A stretch of DNA of 63,842 nt, counting the filler, from Octopus bimaculoides (Eukaryota): assembly GCF_001194135.2 (NCBI RefSeq). It is 8 parts of 7 records of this genome, joined end to end, with 100 filler letters (N's around TTAATTAATTAA, not from the genome) between each part and the next. Parts side by side here need not be neighbours in the genome. Positions count along the whole stretch, not along the records: positions 1 to 13,619 come from NC_068981.1; positions 13,720 to 26,039 come from NC_069000.1; 6 more parts are not named here. One strand, 5' to 3'. This document shows positions 1 to 13,939 of the stretch, piece by piece (the stretch's first letter is position 1; each line of letters begins with the position of its first letter). The notes beneath the pieces are model-generated. The model did no database searches. It was not told where the DNA came from and was given only the letters and a program-made list of their open reading frames with translations. The translations under genes were made by a program, and so were the position numbers.

Positions 1-37
<37 letters not shown>

Positions 38-39
<2 letters not shown>

Positions 40-372
40 ACGACAATAAAACAGATGGACAGATGGATGATACAAAGACGGATTGGAAAACCAAAACAGA
101 ATATTCGTGGCTTTCTATTCTCCATTCAAGCTTCCAATCACCATTACAGTTTCGGCCTGTTACACTTCAGACTATTCTAAATTGGTAGGCGCCAGAATCT
201 AAGCTCAGGGCATTAAAATTCCGGAGGAAAACGAGCGATTATGTGCCACAACACGGACAAAAAACGACAAAAAAAGAGAAAACGATACACAATTAACAAA
301 ACAAAACTTGAATAACAAAAGGTGTTTTCCATCTAAAAGCCATGTTAATTTAAGCTGGCGCGTAGAGTGGAA
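38..372. repeat. Unclassified interspersed repeat, copy 1
   Basis: Colinear diverged match to 840-1210 (shared blocks GAATATTCGTGGCTTTCTATTC, TACAGTTTCGGCCT, GTGGAAGCCTTACGG). Confidence 0.7.
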
Positions 373-839
373 GCCTTACGGCAACAGATACATGTGAAGA
401 TCAGGAGACAGGAAAATAAAGTGTTTTGCGAGCGGCGATCAAGTCAAGAAAGGAAGATCATGTCTGGCCCAGCACCAAGCACATGCGAGGAACAAAGAGA
501 GGTAGGGAGCAGAGGGATTCAAGAATTAGGGAAGGAACTAGAGAGAAAGAGAGAGAGAGAGAGAAGGGGGACAGGGGAAGGTACAAGAAGATAACGTAAG
601 AGAATAGAGAGATTAAAGAAAGAGAATGCCAAGAAATGTGAGAGAGGAGTACGAGAAAAAGAAAAATGGAAAAAAAGAGAATGCCAAGAAAGTGAGGGAA
701 GGTAGCGAGAAAAAAAAAGACGAAAGAAAGACGAAAGTCGTTCAGAATTTAGGAGGTATACTTACTTTGAAGTTGAGCAAAAGATGTACGTACACCGCTA
801 AATGCATATATAAATCCAAAAATCGGAACGAGAACGTAA

Positions 840-1210
840 CGGGTGACAATAAAAACATATTGACAGATAGACAATACACAGTCGGACTGGAAAACCAAGA
901 CGGAATATTCGTGGCTTTCTATTCCTCAATGAAGCTCCCAATCATCTTTACAGTTTCGGCCTATTACACTAGAGACTGTTCAAAATGGATAAGCCCTAAT
1001 AATCTAAGCTAAAAGCATTAATCTTTTGAATGAAAGCGAGCGAATATGAGCGACAACATGGACAGAAGACAAAAACAAAAAAAAAACGAGAAAACGGAGA
1101 AAAGGTTACACGACTGCAATTGCAAACAACAAGAATAACGAAAGCTGTCTTTCGACTAAAAGGACGATTTAAGTTAAGCTGGCGTGTTAAGTGGAAGCCT
1201 TACGGTAACA
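840..1210. repeat. Unclassified interspersed repeat, copy 2
   Basis: Diverged direct repeat of 38-372. Confidence 0.7.
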
Positions 1211-2289
1211 AACATAGTAGAAAGTCAGGAGAGATGAAACATAAGGCATTGTGCAAGCGACGGTAAGGCTAAGAGTTTCACGTTCCCGTTCGTCGGACAG
1301 TTTTTGTGATATTGTTGCTGCTTTTAAATAAAGCATATTACTCTACCTCTGATATTCGAGTACCATTTTTCCACCTTGTTTTGAATTTATGTGTTTATTC
1401 TGGTATATATATGTATATATATATATATTTCTGTTTGTAGACTGGTAAAAGGTCATTTTTCTCTGAAGTATATCTAGTCAATTAAATATCACAAATAGAA
1501 CTTTTGCTTAAGCATGTATATCATACATAACATACCAGACAGTATTCCTCGACCGTCATATAATGTGTGTTGCAGGCGGACATATTTCTCTTGATTTGGA
1601 ATCGATCACTAGCATACAAAGTCGGAGATGCAAGTGCTCCAGTTTGTTCCAATGCCCCTGGAAACAAGATNNNNNNNNNNNNNNNNNNNNNNNNNNNNNN
1701 NNNNNNNNNNNNNNNNNNNNNNNNNNNNNNNNNNNNNNNNNNNNNNNNNNNNNNNNNNNNNNNNNNNNNNNNNNNNNNNNNNNNNNNNNNNNNNNNNNNN
1801 NNNNNATATATATATTCAATGTATTACATAACTTTATATGTATATATATATATATTTCTGTTTGTAGACTGGTAAAAGGTCATTTTTCTCTGAAGTATAT
1901 CTAGTCAATTAAATATCACAAATAGAACTTTTGCTTAAGCATGTATATCATACATAACATACCAGACAGTATTCCTCGACCGTCATATAATGTGTGTTGC
2001 AGGCGGACATATTTCTCTTGATTTGGAATCGATCACTAGCATACAAAGTCGGAGATGCAAGTGCTCCAGTTTGTTCCAATGCCCCTGGAAACAAGATAAC
2101 AATGTCAGGTGGTACTACACTCCTGATTCAATGAGGAAATTACTTACTTCCCCTCCATCTGTCGAAAATAACTTCCTCTCTGTCCATTCTTGTGAGAGAA
2201 TGTTTTTTCCGCTCAAGATCGCGTTGCAGTTCTTTTACATTTTGAGGGAAGATCGGAAAGAAAACACAAACTAGTGAGTAGGGCCCTCA

Positions 2290-3480
2290 GTTGCGTAATA
2301 AAAACCGTCGCTGTCAGATAAGAATTTTCCTTATCTGGTGCCGAATTACGACCCTACGAATTTCTCTTGTTGAAGAACACCCGCACACTGCTGGTTCTCG
2401 TCGACTATGGTATCACAACTTTTGTATCTTAAGTATTATACGCTATGATAGTGGTATTTTCTGTGGTAATAATGCGCTTGTACTGTGGAACAAAATCATA
2501 TTTTCGTACATTGATAGCAAAATTCCAAGGCCAAATTATTCAGGCAAGTGAAGGATGCATGGTTGCTGGTAAATAAGTCCGATCTTGTATGAATCCACTT
2601 CGCAATTGGACATTTGCACAAATCCACATAATATACTTCAGGAAATCTGACAACCTAACTCATATATTCTAAGTTTTTCTGTCATCCCAAATGCTGACTA
2701 CACAATCACAATGCATGTAGCTACAAGAGAAGTTGCTGGAAAAAATGGGTAATTATGGCTGATGAAAGGAACCCTAAATAAGAGGACCGAGAGCCCTATA
2801 CTGACAGTGCAAAACCAAGCTTTAGGCCCAACCTAGAAGGTGATCCTTAGGAATGAGCAAGTGTCTCCGCTGTGCTGTAGCTTTAATTGATATCGCGAAC
2901 GACTTTCTGCAAGATATCACCATCGAATTCCCTACAAATGCCCAAAACTATAACGAGTTGTGCCGACACGATTACGTAGCGAAAATCCGACATTGGAAAC
3001 TGTGCGAAAATAGAGGAGGGGTAGACTAGAGAGAGTCGAGACGTGGTATGAGCACGAACCGCAGGGTGTGGTGGAGTCGGAGCAAAATCTTCTGGGATTT
3101 CCATAATCCAAACAGATCAGGTGCTACATCATAACAGACCGGACCTAGTGGTGGTGGACGAGGTGCACCACATATGCTATATAGTTGATGTTGCATGCTC
3201 CTTTGACCCACGAATGGTCGAGAAGGAAGGCGAAAGATATATAGCCCAGCTATGGAAAATGAAGAAGGTGAAGATAGTGCCAATTATTGCTGGGTCCTGG
3301 GAATAGTATCAGTAGGCATCAAGATGAATATAAAGGAAATTGGAATAGGGTGCCCAGTAGATCTGCTACAAGATGTTTGCTCCTTCACACGGCCAGAATA
3401 ATCAGGAAACTATTCGATAGCTGAAAAGAACGGATCGCATATTACTGTAGGCTGCGGGTAGTAAGCCCGCTACACATGCA
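2290..3480 (+). mobile_element. Degraded Dong/R4-type non-LTR retrotransposon (RT C-terminus to RLE endonuclease)
   Basis: Plus-strand remnants IIRYDSGI, WLMKGTLNKRTE, RHDYVAKI, WYEHEPQGVVES, HNRPDLVVVD...YIVDVACSFD (RLE PD..D motif), LLHTARIIRKLF; many stops and frameshifts. Confidence 0.8.
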
Positions 3481-3589
3481 AGACTCCATGATCTCCAGCA
3501 AACCTTGCGATAAAGGAGAAATAATAATTTTACTACAGAGTATCTCAACAGGCATGATAGAGCCGCACAATATATTCACTGGGTAATAT

Positions 3590-4278
<689 letters not shown>

Positions 4279-5049
4279 AATACCGAGAATCTCCTGACCA
4301 ACTGATGAAACATCAATTCAACAAAAGAGAAACGAATATAAAATAAAGATTCCTGGCACAATACCAGATTGAGTACTCATTCAAAAATCTGAAATAACAA
4401 TTGACGTAACCTGTTTTAAAGCTAGCTTCAATTTAATGGTCATAACAAAATCGAACATTAATTAACGAGGAGAAATGCATTGATAATTTTGTGAAGAACA
4501 GAAACTATTAGTTTTGAAACAATAGAAATTTTTCAGAACACAAGGAAAATGCTATACAAATAAATACAACACTAGCGATACAATGAATATAAATGTTACA
4601 GAGAATAATGTAGGCGGAAAAATTCGACATTGCGGAAAGTGTTCAGAACTACGAATGCAGTATCGAGACAATCGCTTTAGGCGGTATGAACAAAAATACG
4701 CCGGAAGATGTAAAAAATGAAATACAATAAACAGAAAGCTTGAAGCCACCCGGAAATGTTACGCCGACAAAGGTTGAGATTAAAATAAATTTATCACGGA
4801 TGAATATGATATTAGATGTTCTTCATTGATAGCAGTGAAAAGACAAGAGCATATTGGTATCAATAGTGTATTGTAAACTTAACAACAATGCTTTTCACAT
4901 AAGATGGTACGATGCATATCGCTAAATCTCATGAGGCTATATATAAATTTAATATTCTTCAAAAAGAATAGAATTTATCAATAATCTCTCTTGATCAGTG
5001 GTAATTGCAGATATGAAGGTAAATGACAAATTTTACCACATAACTGGGC

Positions 5050-6480
5050 TGATGATACATAAAGAAAGCGCGGTGTGGCTAACAAATGAGGAAAGACAAT
5101 TTGTAACTGCATCAGGACAAATGGACGTTGGAATTAATCAATATACAGTGAGACACGTTATAAAAAAATTCTAATTCGTAAGGACCAGGCCCGGATGTAG
5201 TACGAGGCTGCTGGCTGAAACATGTTACACAGTTGCGTGAAGGTATCGCTGCACAACTTGGGGATTGCCTGCAGCAACATTATCTCCATGCCTGGATGAG
5301 AAGTGGACGAAAGCTGCTATGCCTCAAAGATCCCTTGAATGAGAACTTGGCATCCAATTTTCGACCTGTAAACTTTTTATCGCTTATGTGGAAGCGGTGT
5401 CTTAGCGGTAGAGATATACGACCTTCTGGAAAGTAACAATCTACGCCCAGAAGAACAGAAATAAGGCAGGAAACGAAGTAGAGCGAGAAAAGTTAAAATG
5501 ATAATTAGAAATTGTAGCCTCAGATGGACGGGACTGAATGTAGTATAGCTAGAGTACGAAAAAAACAAACAAAAAAAACAACAAATTAAATACTAAATTG
5601 TTTGGAAGAAGAAAAAAAGAAACATGAAAATCAGACGTGGAATATTCGAAGGTGATAGCTTACCTGCATTATTATTCGTACTGGTCATTACAAGGTTCAC
5701 TATGGTAATGCGAAGAGTTAAAATAACTTACGATTTGGGAAAAGGAAATAGTCAGATAAATCATCTCCTTTTCGTGGATGATATAAAGGTTAATGCGAAA
5801 TATGAGAAACAACTTGAAAGTCTTGTGCATAGAATCCGCATTTTCTCAAATGACGCAGGTATGCAATTTGGATTAGAAAAGTACGTTATTTTGAAAATGA
5901 AACGAGGAAGATTTGAAAGAAGTCAGGGAATTGAAATGCTAAATGGGCTAAAAATGAGCGCGGTTGAGAAACGTCAAAAGTATGAGTACTCGAGAATATT
6001 GGAACCACACTAAATGAAAAGTGAAGACATGACACAAATTACCAGTAAGGTGTACTCAAGGAGAGTAAGAAAATTATTAGATCATGAAAAAAAAATGCCT
6101 TCTCATTGATGTTTCAATAGCAACAGATGACAACATTTCTCTAAAAGAAATGGAGAAACTTTCAAAATAAAAAGACATGGAAATAGAGGTAACTTGAATG
6201 TGGAATCTAAAAACAGAAACAATTCCTATCATAGTAGGCGCATTAGGAATGATAAAAAATATTCAGACACATATATAACAAAAACACCAGGACTTACAAA
6301 TATATATAACATACAGAAAATTGCACTACTGGACACTGCACACATCCTACGCAAAACACTTTCAATACAGTAACCATAAGAGCATCACAGCCCATACCCA
6401 AGGCGCACAGAGCTGCGCTCGGTAGTGAAGTGAATGCACGCTATAAGAATAAAACTACTGAATAATAAGAATAATAATGA
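5050..6480 (+). mobile_element. Internally deleted Dong/R4-type LINE (RT to RLE, 3'UTR, AAT-rich tail)
   Basis: GPGPDVVRGCWLK, SNFRPV, RGIFEGDSL, INHLLFVDDIK, LLIDVSIATDDN, ETIPIIVGALG, IQKIALL..AHILRKTLSIQ*; 3'UTR shared with 27991-28109. Confidence 0.88.
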
Positions 6481-7480
6481 TAAACCATTTACTATCTCCA
6501 CCTTCTGTGAATGCATATCCTTTTCCCTTTCCCCCTGAGTACTCGAAAATGTAAATATGCTCTTTATTCCAAGAACACTACAGTTTTCTCTGTTCGGAGA
6601 GAGAAAAAAATCATCTTCAGTAAATTTTAAAAACTTCATATCTACAATTTTTTGTGAAACAAATTTTACCTCTCCTTTCTTTTGGTTCCTTTTCCCCTGA
6701 CTATTCGAAAATCTAAACATCCTTTTTATTGTAAAAAAAACACCGATTTTTTCTGAACGGATATACATACGAACACCTCAAAAAATTTAGAAACCTTAAT
6801 ATCTCCAATTTTGCGTGAACACTTTGTCTTCCTTTCTTCTCTGACTAAATGAATATGCAAACATGCTTTTTAGTGTTACAACAATTACATGCACGATAAA
6901 AAAATAAGGAAGGAAGCACCTGCCAATATATACATGCTGCACAACTGCAAAAACTGTAAACCACAGGAAAACTTTTAAAAAGAAAAGAAAAATTCCAAAT
7001 GAGAAAGAAAAAGAAATACAGAAATTCAAAAATCCAACAAGGTGAACATCACTTCCTGCTACTATTCTCAAAGACTAGAATAGTTACAGTTTCCTGTGAA
7101 TATTTTAACTCTCGTGAATATATTAACTCTCCCTCAAAATAAAGTAAGTTAGGATAGTTACATACCTACAGCTTTTGAACACACAAACGATCCTCCTTTT
7201 TATTCTAAGAAAACTACCATTTTTCTCTGTGCGGTCATAAAAAAAAACACCATATTTAGTAAATCTTAAACTTTACTATCTACAACTTGTTTTCGTCTCT
7301 TTTTGACTCTCACTGAGTATTCGAAAATGTAAACATCCTTTTAATTGCAAAAAGTCCCACAGTACTCTCCAACTGGACAGACAAACGAACATCTCAAGAA
7401 AACTTTTAAACTTTAATATATTCCCCAAATGCGTAAACACATTTATTGCAACAACACAATTGAATTCAGAAATTCAAAAA
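6480..7480. repeat. Highly diverged tandem repeat, about 150-160 bp period
   Basis: Recurring motifs CTGA[G/C]TA.TCGAAAAT.TAAA (6536, 6698, 6841, 7314) and AACTTTA.TATCT.CAA (6484, 6632, 6793, 7269, 7410). Confidence 0.6.
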
Positions 7481-8039
7481 TTTAACGTGTATATATGTAT
7501 ATATACATANNNNNNNNNNNNNNNNNNNNNNNNNNNNNNNNNNNNNNNNNNNNNNNNNNNNNNNNNNNNNNNNNNNNNNNNNNNNNNNNATATGTAGTAA
7601 TCTGGAGACTGAGAATGTTTGCGGCTGCAGATACCTTTAAACCATCCTTTCTATCAATTATATATTCATGTAATGATGCAATGACTGTTTGTGTATAAAG
7701 CTTGAAACAGTGTACCGCGGAATCCTTTGCGTTCTGTTTTCATTTTACGTTTTAAATATATATATATATATATATGCGTGTGTGTGTGTGTGTGTGTGTG
7801 TGAGTAATTGCTTTTTTTCAAGGCAGCGCTCTCAGCGGCCACTGGTAGTAGTAAACACATATGACCTCTGCTGACCCAAAGGGTACGAAGGTTCTGTTGT
7901 CTCCATGACTGACCTCTCCAAATTTTGTCGAATCTATGTATAGACCTGTAGTCATAATCTATTCACCAAAATGCTGCCCAACTATTTCTTCCAATAATGG
8001 TAGTGGTGATGACAGTTATAATGAAAATATTAAACGACG

Positions 8040-8078
<39 letters not shown>

Positions 8079-8080
8079 GC

Positions 8081-8141
<61 letters not shown>

Positions 8142-8235
8142 TGCTGCAGCTGCAGATACTAAATGCTACTAATACTGCAATAATACTACAACTACTACTA
8201 TTATGATAGGACAGGAATCTGAGGCCCAACTACCA

Positions 8236-8525
8236 GTAGTTTTCGGGGAGGTTCAGCATGACATAGAATGTGACAAGGCTAGGTCTTTGAAATACAAGTA
8301 CAACAGAAACAGGAAGAAAGATTGCGAGGAAGGTATGGTGAAAGGGTACAGTAGGTTCGCCACCACCCCCTGCCGGGGGATCACGGTTTCGATTCTCAGA
8401 CCGTGCGTTGAAAGTTTCCATTGAGCGGAAACACCTAAAAAAACCACGAGGCTACGGCAGGGGTGGTGGCGACCCTACTGTACGCTTTCATCATAGCTTT
8501 CTCTCAGTCTTTCTTCCTGTTTCTG
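8236..8525. mobile_element. Two head-to-head fragments of one SINE-like family (minus 8236-8375, plus 8376-8525)
   Basis: 8304-8375 and 8455-8525 are reverse complements; 8236-8300 matches 43190-43257. Confidence 0.7.
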
Positions 8526-8529
8526 AGTA

Positions 8530-9412
8530 CCGGAGTGGCCAAGGGAACGAGAATGATCCTCAAATATGCGAACCTGTTCGTTGGCTACATTTCATTGGAC
8601 CCACTCCAGATCAATTCTGCCGTTATATTGACGACTGTATCGGTGCAACCTCACTCACTTTTGTCAAATCGTTCCATCCTGCCCTACACCTCTCCCGCAC
8701 TATCTCGACACCTCTATCACCTTTCTTGACATTTCGGTCAGCATTCATCAATCCACTCTCACCACTTCCATCCATTACTAACACGCAGACTCTCACTCAT
8801 ACCTAACCTTCTGCTCCTCCACCCTGCTCATTTCCCTGCTCCCACCCAAGCTGCCGCACTTACCCTTACCTCTCCTACACCACTCTCCTCACCGGCACCC
8901 ATTATCGGCCCTATCATATCACCGGCTCCTTCATCTGCACTTCTAACAATATAAGCTACTGAATTTCCTACTCTCTCTGCCATTCTCTATACATCGGGTA
9001 ATTGGGACGCCGCATGGCTGACCGGTTCGCGGAACACCTCCGAGACATCCGACTTGGCAATGACACCTCGGTCTCACGCCATTTGCGCTCTACCAGTTAC
9101 TCTTTGCAACACATGTCTCTGTTCGTATTGCCTTGCACTGGGGCCATCCGGACTCCTGCCTTCGCCGTGAACAGAGATTAATCTTCTCTCTTCGCTCCTT
9201 TCCCCACATGGCCTCAACTCTCGCCCACTTTTCATCTAACCCTCATCCCATCTCCTCCCTTCCTCTCACACCTACACCCCCACTTCTCCTCTCTTTCTCC
9301 AACTCCTACTTCTTCTCTTCACTCCTACTCTCCTTCTCTCTTCTCTTCACTCCGACCAACCTTTTCCCTTCCCCCTTTCTTCGTCTTTTGTTTTTTTTTA
9401 ATGAATTCTCCC

Positions 9413-9415
<3 letters not shown>
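8530..9415 (+). mobile_element. Penelope-like element (Neptune-like): RT and GIY-YIG remnant with pyrimidine-rich 3' end
   Basis: GVAKGTRM..YANLFVGYI, RYIDDCIG, TFLDISV, HITGSFICTSNN..Y, LYIG..GRRMADRFAEHLRDI, EQRLIFSLRS; ends at (TA)n. Confidence 0.85.
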
Positions 9416-9464
<49 letters not shown>

Positions 9465-9466
<2 letters not shown>

Positions 9467-9882
9467 ATAAATGCTCGAGTATAATCCACACTTTTTTCCA
9501 AAATTTTAAAGGTCAAAATTTCTAGTGCGTTCTATACACGAGGTTAAAAATGAAAATTATTTTCTAAGCAAAGTTTTGTAAGTAATAAATATGTAAAGGC
9601 AATTTACTTAATATGTACTTTCACTTACGTTATTACTGTTATTTCTTTTATTTTCTACAAACAGAGTGCGCAGGAAAACTACGCGTTTGCATTATGTTAT
9701 ATATACAATAATAGAACGTTACCGTATATACATTTACAAACCAAGGACGTTGTTCAGACTTCCTTCATTCAAGTTAGATAAGGGGTGCGTATTATACACA
9801 AGGTTTAAGTTTTTCAGAGATAAAGCCCCCTAAAAGTCCCCTACGTATTATACTTAAGGCCGGACTATACTCGAAGATTTAC

Positions 9883-9884
<2 letters not shown>
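9465..9884. mobile_element. Non-autonomous Tc1/mariner/pogo-like MITE inserted in (TA)n
   Basis: TIRs CCATAAATGCTCGAGTATAATCC / GGACTATACTCGAAGATTTACGG, TA on both sides, three internal GTGCGT..TATAC..AGG-like motifs. Confidence 0.8.
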
Positions 9885-9917
<33 letters not shown>

Positions 9918-10535
9918 GAGTTTTCAGGGATATATATTTTCCCTGTCTTTGCTCATAGTTTGGTTCTAGATGCCGGCTAAGACAACGGTCCGTATCGAAT
10001 CCCGGTGCGTACATGAAATTGTTAGACATTGGCGACATTTCTTCTTGGGTAACTCTCTGTTTCTTACGCAAGGCTGCAAAGCGTCCGTAGAGTGTAGAAT
10101 ACTTTTAATTAGTAGTTTCATTTAAATTGCCCTAAAGTCAATTTCCATGTGTGAAAACATGTCTGTGTTCGCTCTTGTTTCGTGGTTAATAATGTGTATT
10201 TGGATGTGAAAATTCATTAGCGTTCCGCCACATATAAGTCCCATCTCTTTCCGCCTATTCCATAAGACTTAGCGATACTAACTATCGATATGTGCACATC
10301 ACCACTCTCNNNNNNNNNNNNNNNNNNNNNNNNNNNNNNNNNNNNNNNNNNNNNNNNNNNNNNNNNNNNNNNNNNNNNNNNNNNNNNNNNNNNNNNNNNN
10401 NNNNNNNNNNNNNNNNNNNNNNNNNNNNNNNNNNNNNNNNNNNNNNNNNNNNNNNNNNNNNNNNNNNNNNNNNNNNNNNNNNNNNNNNNNNNNNNNNNNN
10501 NNNNNNNNNNNNNNNNNNNNNNNNNNNNNNNNNNN

Positions 10536-10604
<69 letters not shown>

Positions 10605-11430
10605 ATATGCATGTAATAGTCATGATCTTAAACGTAGAGTTAACAAAAGGAAAAGGCTGATCAAATTACTTAGTGAGACGGAATGTTTCACATTTTGTAA
10701 AGAAAATACCCGTATCGGTAGTACAATCGATTCTTATTTCCATTGTTTTAATTATTTGCATTCAAAATTGTTTGGAAATAATGCACACAAACTTGTTTCT
10801 GGATAATACAGCTTATCCTGTTCAAAGGTTAACGAGGTCAAGTCTACGGAAGAATTGTATTCACTAGGAAAATCATCGATGAATACAATCTTTCTATTTC
10901 TCGAAATAAATTAGAAATAAACTCTTATAATATCGATGAAAATAATAAAACGTTTCAACGACCAGGAAATCAATGTAACTTTCAACTTAGCGTGTAATAA
11001 TCAATGTTGTTTTGTGTCATGTATCGCGTGCGTTTTTAGTTTCTACGCAATGGGGGTTGTATATTCAATACAATTTCATTCACACTTCTTGTGTTAATTC
11101 ATGTGTCCTTTTATTTCAGTGAAAATGTTTTGATATGTTCTATTCTACATTTTTCTCTATTTTATACGGATTACAAAACAACGTCAACAAAACAATGTTT
11201 TCCTCTGTTGTCAAAACCATTGGTCCAGAATTAACAAATCCGAAAGTTTTATGTATTTATTTCCCTCTCGTCCAACTCTTAAGATTGTGGATCTATAAAA
11301 TTCCATTGCTTTGCTTTTTTCCCCCTCAATATGAAAAACAAGGTAAATCATACCAACATACATAGAATTTGCTTTTTCTTCAAAAGCAGAATGTTTCCTT
11401 AAAATTCTACTGAAAAGCTAGTAAAAATCT

Positions 11431-12309
11431 TTAAAATTTCTGCGGAAATGTTACTTCAATATGTATACCCAGTTTCTCTTGAATTTGTGTTTGGAAAATG
11501 TTTGAGTGTTTAACCTCAGGGAGACCACAAGTCAAGTTGCAGCAATAATCCGCCATTATATGTAAGTCCCATCTGCCTTGATACTTCTGTTCCATTGATT
11601 TTACGCCCTGATGGAAACGTTCACCCTCTTCATCATGTGTGTCTCCAAAATTTTCAGGAAATTCATTAAGGAAATTTATCAAGGAAATTTTCAGGAAATT
11701 TATCGATTTAATTTTCAGGAACTTTATCGAGTTGAATGTGAAAATATTAGAGCTATATGATTGTATTTGCTCCCAAATTTTGTGAATTCTCCAGAATGTT
11801 GTCGAAATTTTCACAATAGCTGGTTTCTTGTTTGTTGGCCTGAAATTCATTTACAGTTATTACAAATGAATTCCACGCTGCTGTAATAATATAAAGAAAT
11901 ACACCGAGTTTACAACAGAGGTATCACTTTTTTGATATGAGATTCATGAACTACGTCAGTCTTTATCCTTTTACTGCTCAGACTTGGAAATGTGCTGCAG
12001 ATATAATGAATGTATGCTCCATCTTTAACCAGAGCTTTAACAAACTGCTTAATAATACCAAGTTTGATATGGAGAGGAGGAAGAATGATTGTTCTAATCA
12101 TTGTTGAATTAAATGACTATTGACCTAGAGGTCCTTGAACCACATTTAAAGACTTTAGAGTGAAGATTCACTGCAGCCATTGTTCGATCATCCAAGACAT
12201 TTCCCTGGCTCTGGACCCCCACATATATATATATAACGCATGGATATTTTGTGCATCGACATTGTTGTCCTAGGAGAAAATTGATCATCTTATATTCCAC
12301 GTATATCAC
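11431..12309 (-). mobile_element. Degraded DNA transposase, tentatively CMC/Chapaev3-like
   Basis: Colinear fragments KMINFLLGQQ...TKYPC, ILPPLHIKLGIIKQFVKAL, FPENFGD..DEEGERFHQ..K.MEQKYQGRW...MADYC; superfamily assignment is from memory. Confidence 0.7.
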
Positions 12310-13900
12310 CGATTCATATGGTGGTTTTTGTATCTTGATAGCTAGACGTGATGCTAAATCATAGATTCTAAGTTTGGTAAAGAATAAATCCCGCGTTCGG
12401 ATTCATGATATTTAAACCTTTAAATCAGGTTAAACACAATAGCAGCAAAATATTTCTTTTGGGTTGTGTATTCTTTTCGAGGCATATGTTACTTGTCACT
12501 GAATAATTCCTGAAGTAAAATTCATGAACTTTATGAAGCATCCGCATTTATTAGAGCCATGTGTACTAAATGACTGCAAATTCTGGAATAGAAGTGATAA
12601 ATTTAAGCAAGTCGTTTCACGTTGTTATTTATTCAGTACGAAAATCTCTTATAGAATGATGAACCGGCCAGATTTACATGTGTGTGTTTGCGCGCGCATA
12701 TATATGTGTGTGAGTTCATGCGAGTGTGAAAGTGTTTTAGACCCATTAACATCGCAGTGATCTAAAAATGGCGAATCCTTCACAACCATATGAAAGATGT
12801 CTGTAATCAGTCCTATACAGGAAACATACCAAAAGATTTTACTTATAATGGAATTTAGTTGACGATAAATACTGTTGAAAAGGAAGACCGCTTCGATAAA
12901 TATGACACCAACCAATAGATATCAATGCTGTGATAATCGATAACCGAATAAAAGAAACATGAGCTATTGGACAATATCTTTAAACAAATATCGAAAAGGC
13001 ACGAATAAAGTACGCATTCAAGCTGAGTGGCAATTGATAGAATGATAGACAGAAAGAAACGAGAAATTGACGAGCTGAGTGTGGAATGGAGCGGGCGAGG
13101 TAAGTAACAGCGGATGAGACATTAGAGAAAGACAGAAACTCAGAAATGTAAATGTTTCAGTAGAAGATAGAAAATACAGAAAGAAACAAAACTGTAAGTG
13201 CAACAAAACAGTTAGGAAACGAAACATGATTCATAGGGAAAAACAACCAGGAATCGAGTTATCAAGAACATGATGCGCAATGTTTCCATGATAAATAAAT
13301 TCAGTAATTCTGGTTGAAATTAAATGAGCAGTGCATCCAACAGCTTTGTATGCAACTTTGCTTCCTGTTCAGACGTGTTAAACTTTGTGTGGGTGCATGG
13401 ATAAGAATAAATGGTTTAGTATCTGTGAAAGATGACTGGCTGAGGTATAGAGAGCTGATAATTTACGTAGACATTATATTTCTAGACGAATATAAATTTG
13501 TGGTATGTAATACATATATACCTCCAATACAACAATGCACATACATATATATATATATATATATATGCATCTACCTGTATGTGAATGAGCGTATGTATAT
13601 GTACATTGATATATATATANNNNNNNNNNNNNNNNNNNNNNNNNNNNNNNNNNNNNNNNNNNNTTAATTAATTAANNNNNNNNNNNNNNNNNNNNNNNNN
13701 NNNNNNNNNNNNNNNNNNNATAGCTAGCTAGAGGCGATGGCTTCTTGGAGCTAATTCACGGCAGCTTTCGTCCTAATTTTAGGACTGCCATGTTGGCTTG
13801 GCGATAACTATATATATATAGTTTTAGGGAAAATAACCAATTCTCAAGAACTCATTGATTTTAATTGAGTTTTTTACCTGTAATTTTGGATTTTGTCCCT

Positions 13901-13939
<39 letters not shown>

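Noticed and set aside
140-175. Minus-strand CTGAAG...GGCCGAAACTGTA in the 38-372 and 840-1210 repeats
   Set aside because: Core not CUGANGA, no stem II partner, second copy lacks CTGA
1411-2097. Identical 260-bp direct repeat (1411-1670, 1838-2097)
   Set aside because: Flanks an N gap with no differences seen; most likely unmerged contig overlap
2759-2800. CTGATGA at 2759 as a hammerhead core
   Set aside because: No GAAA or stems; it is the WLMK codons of the Dong relic
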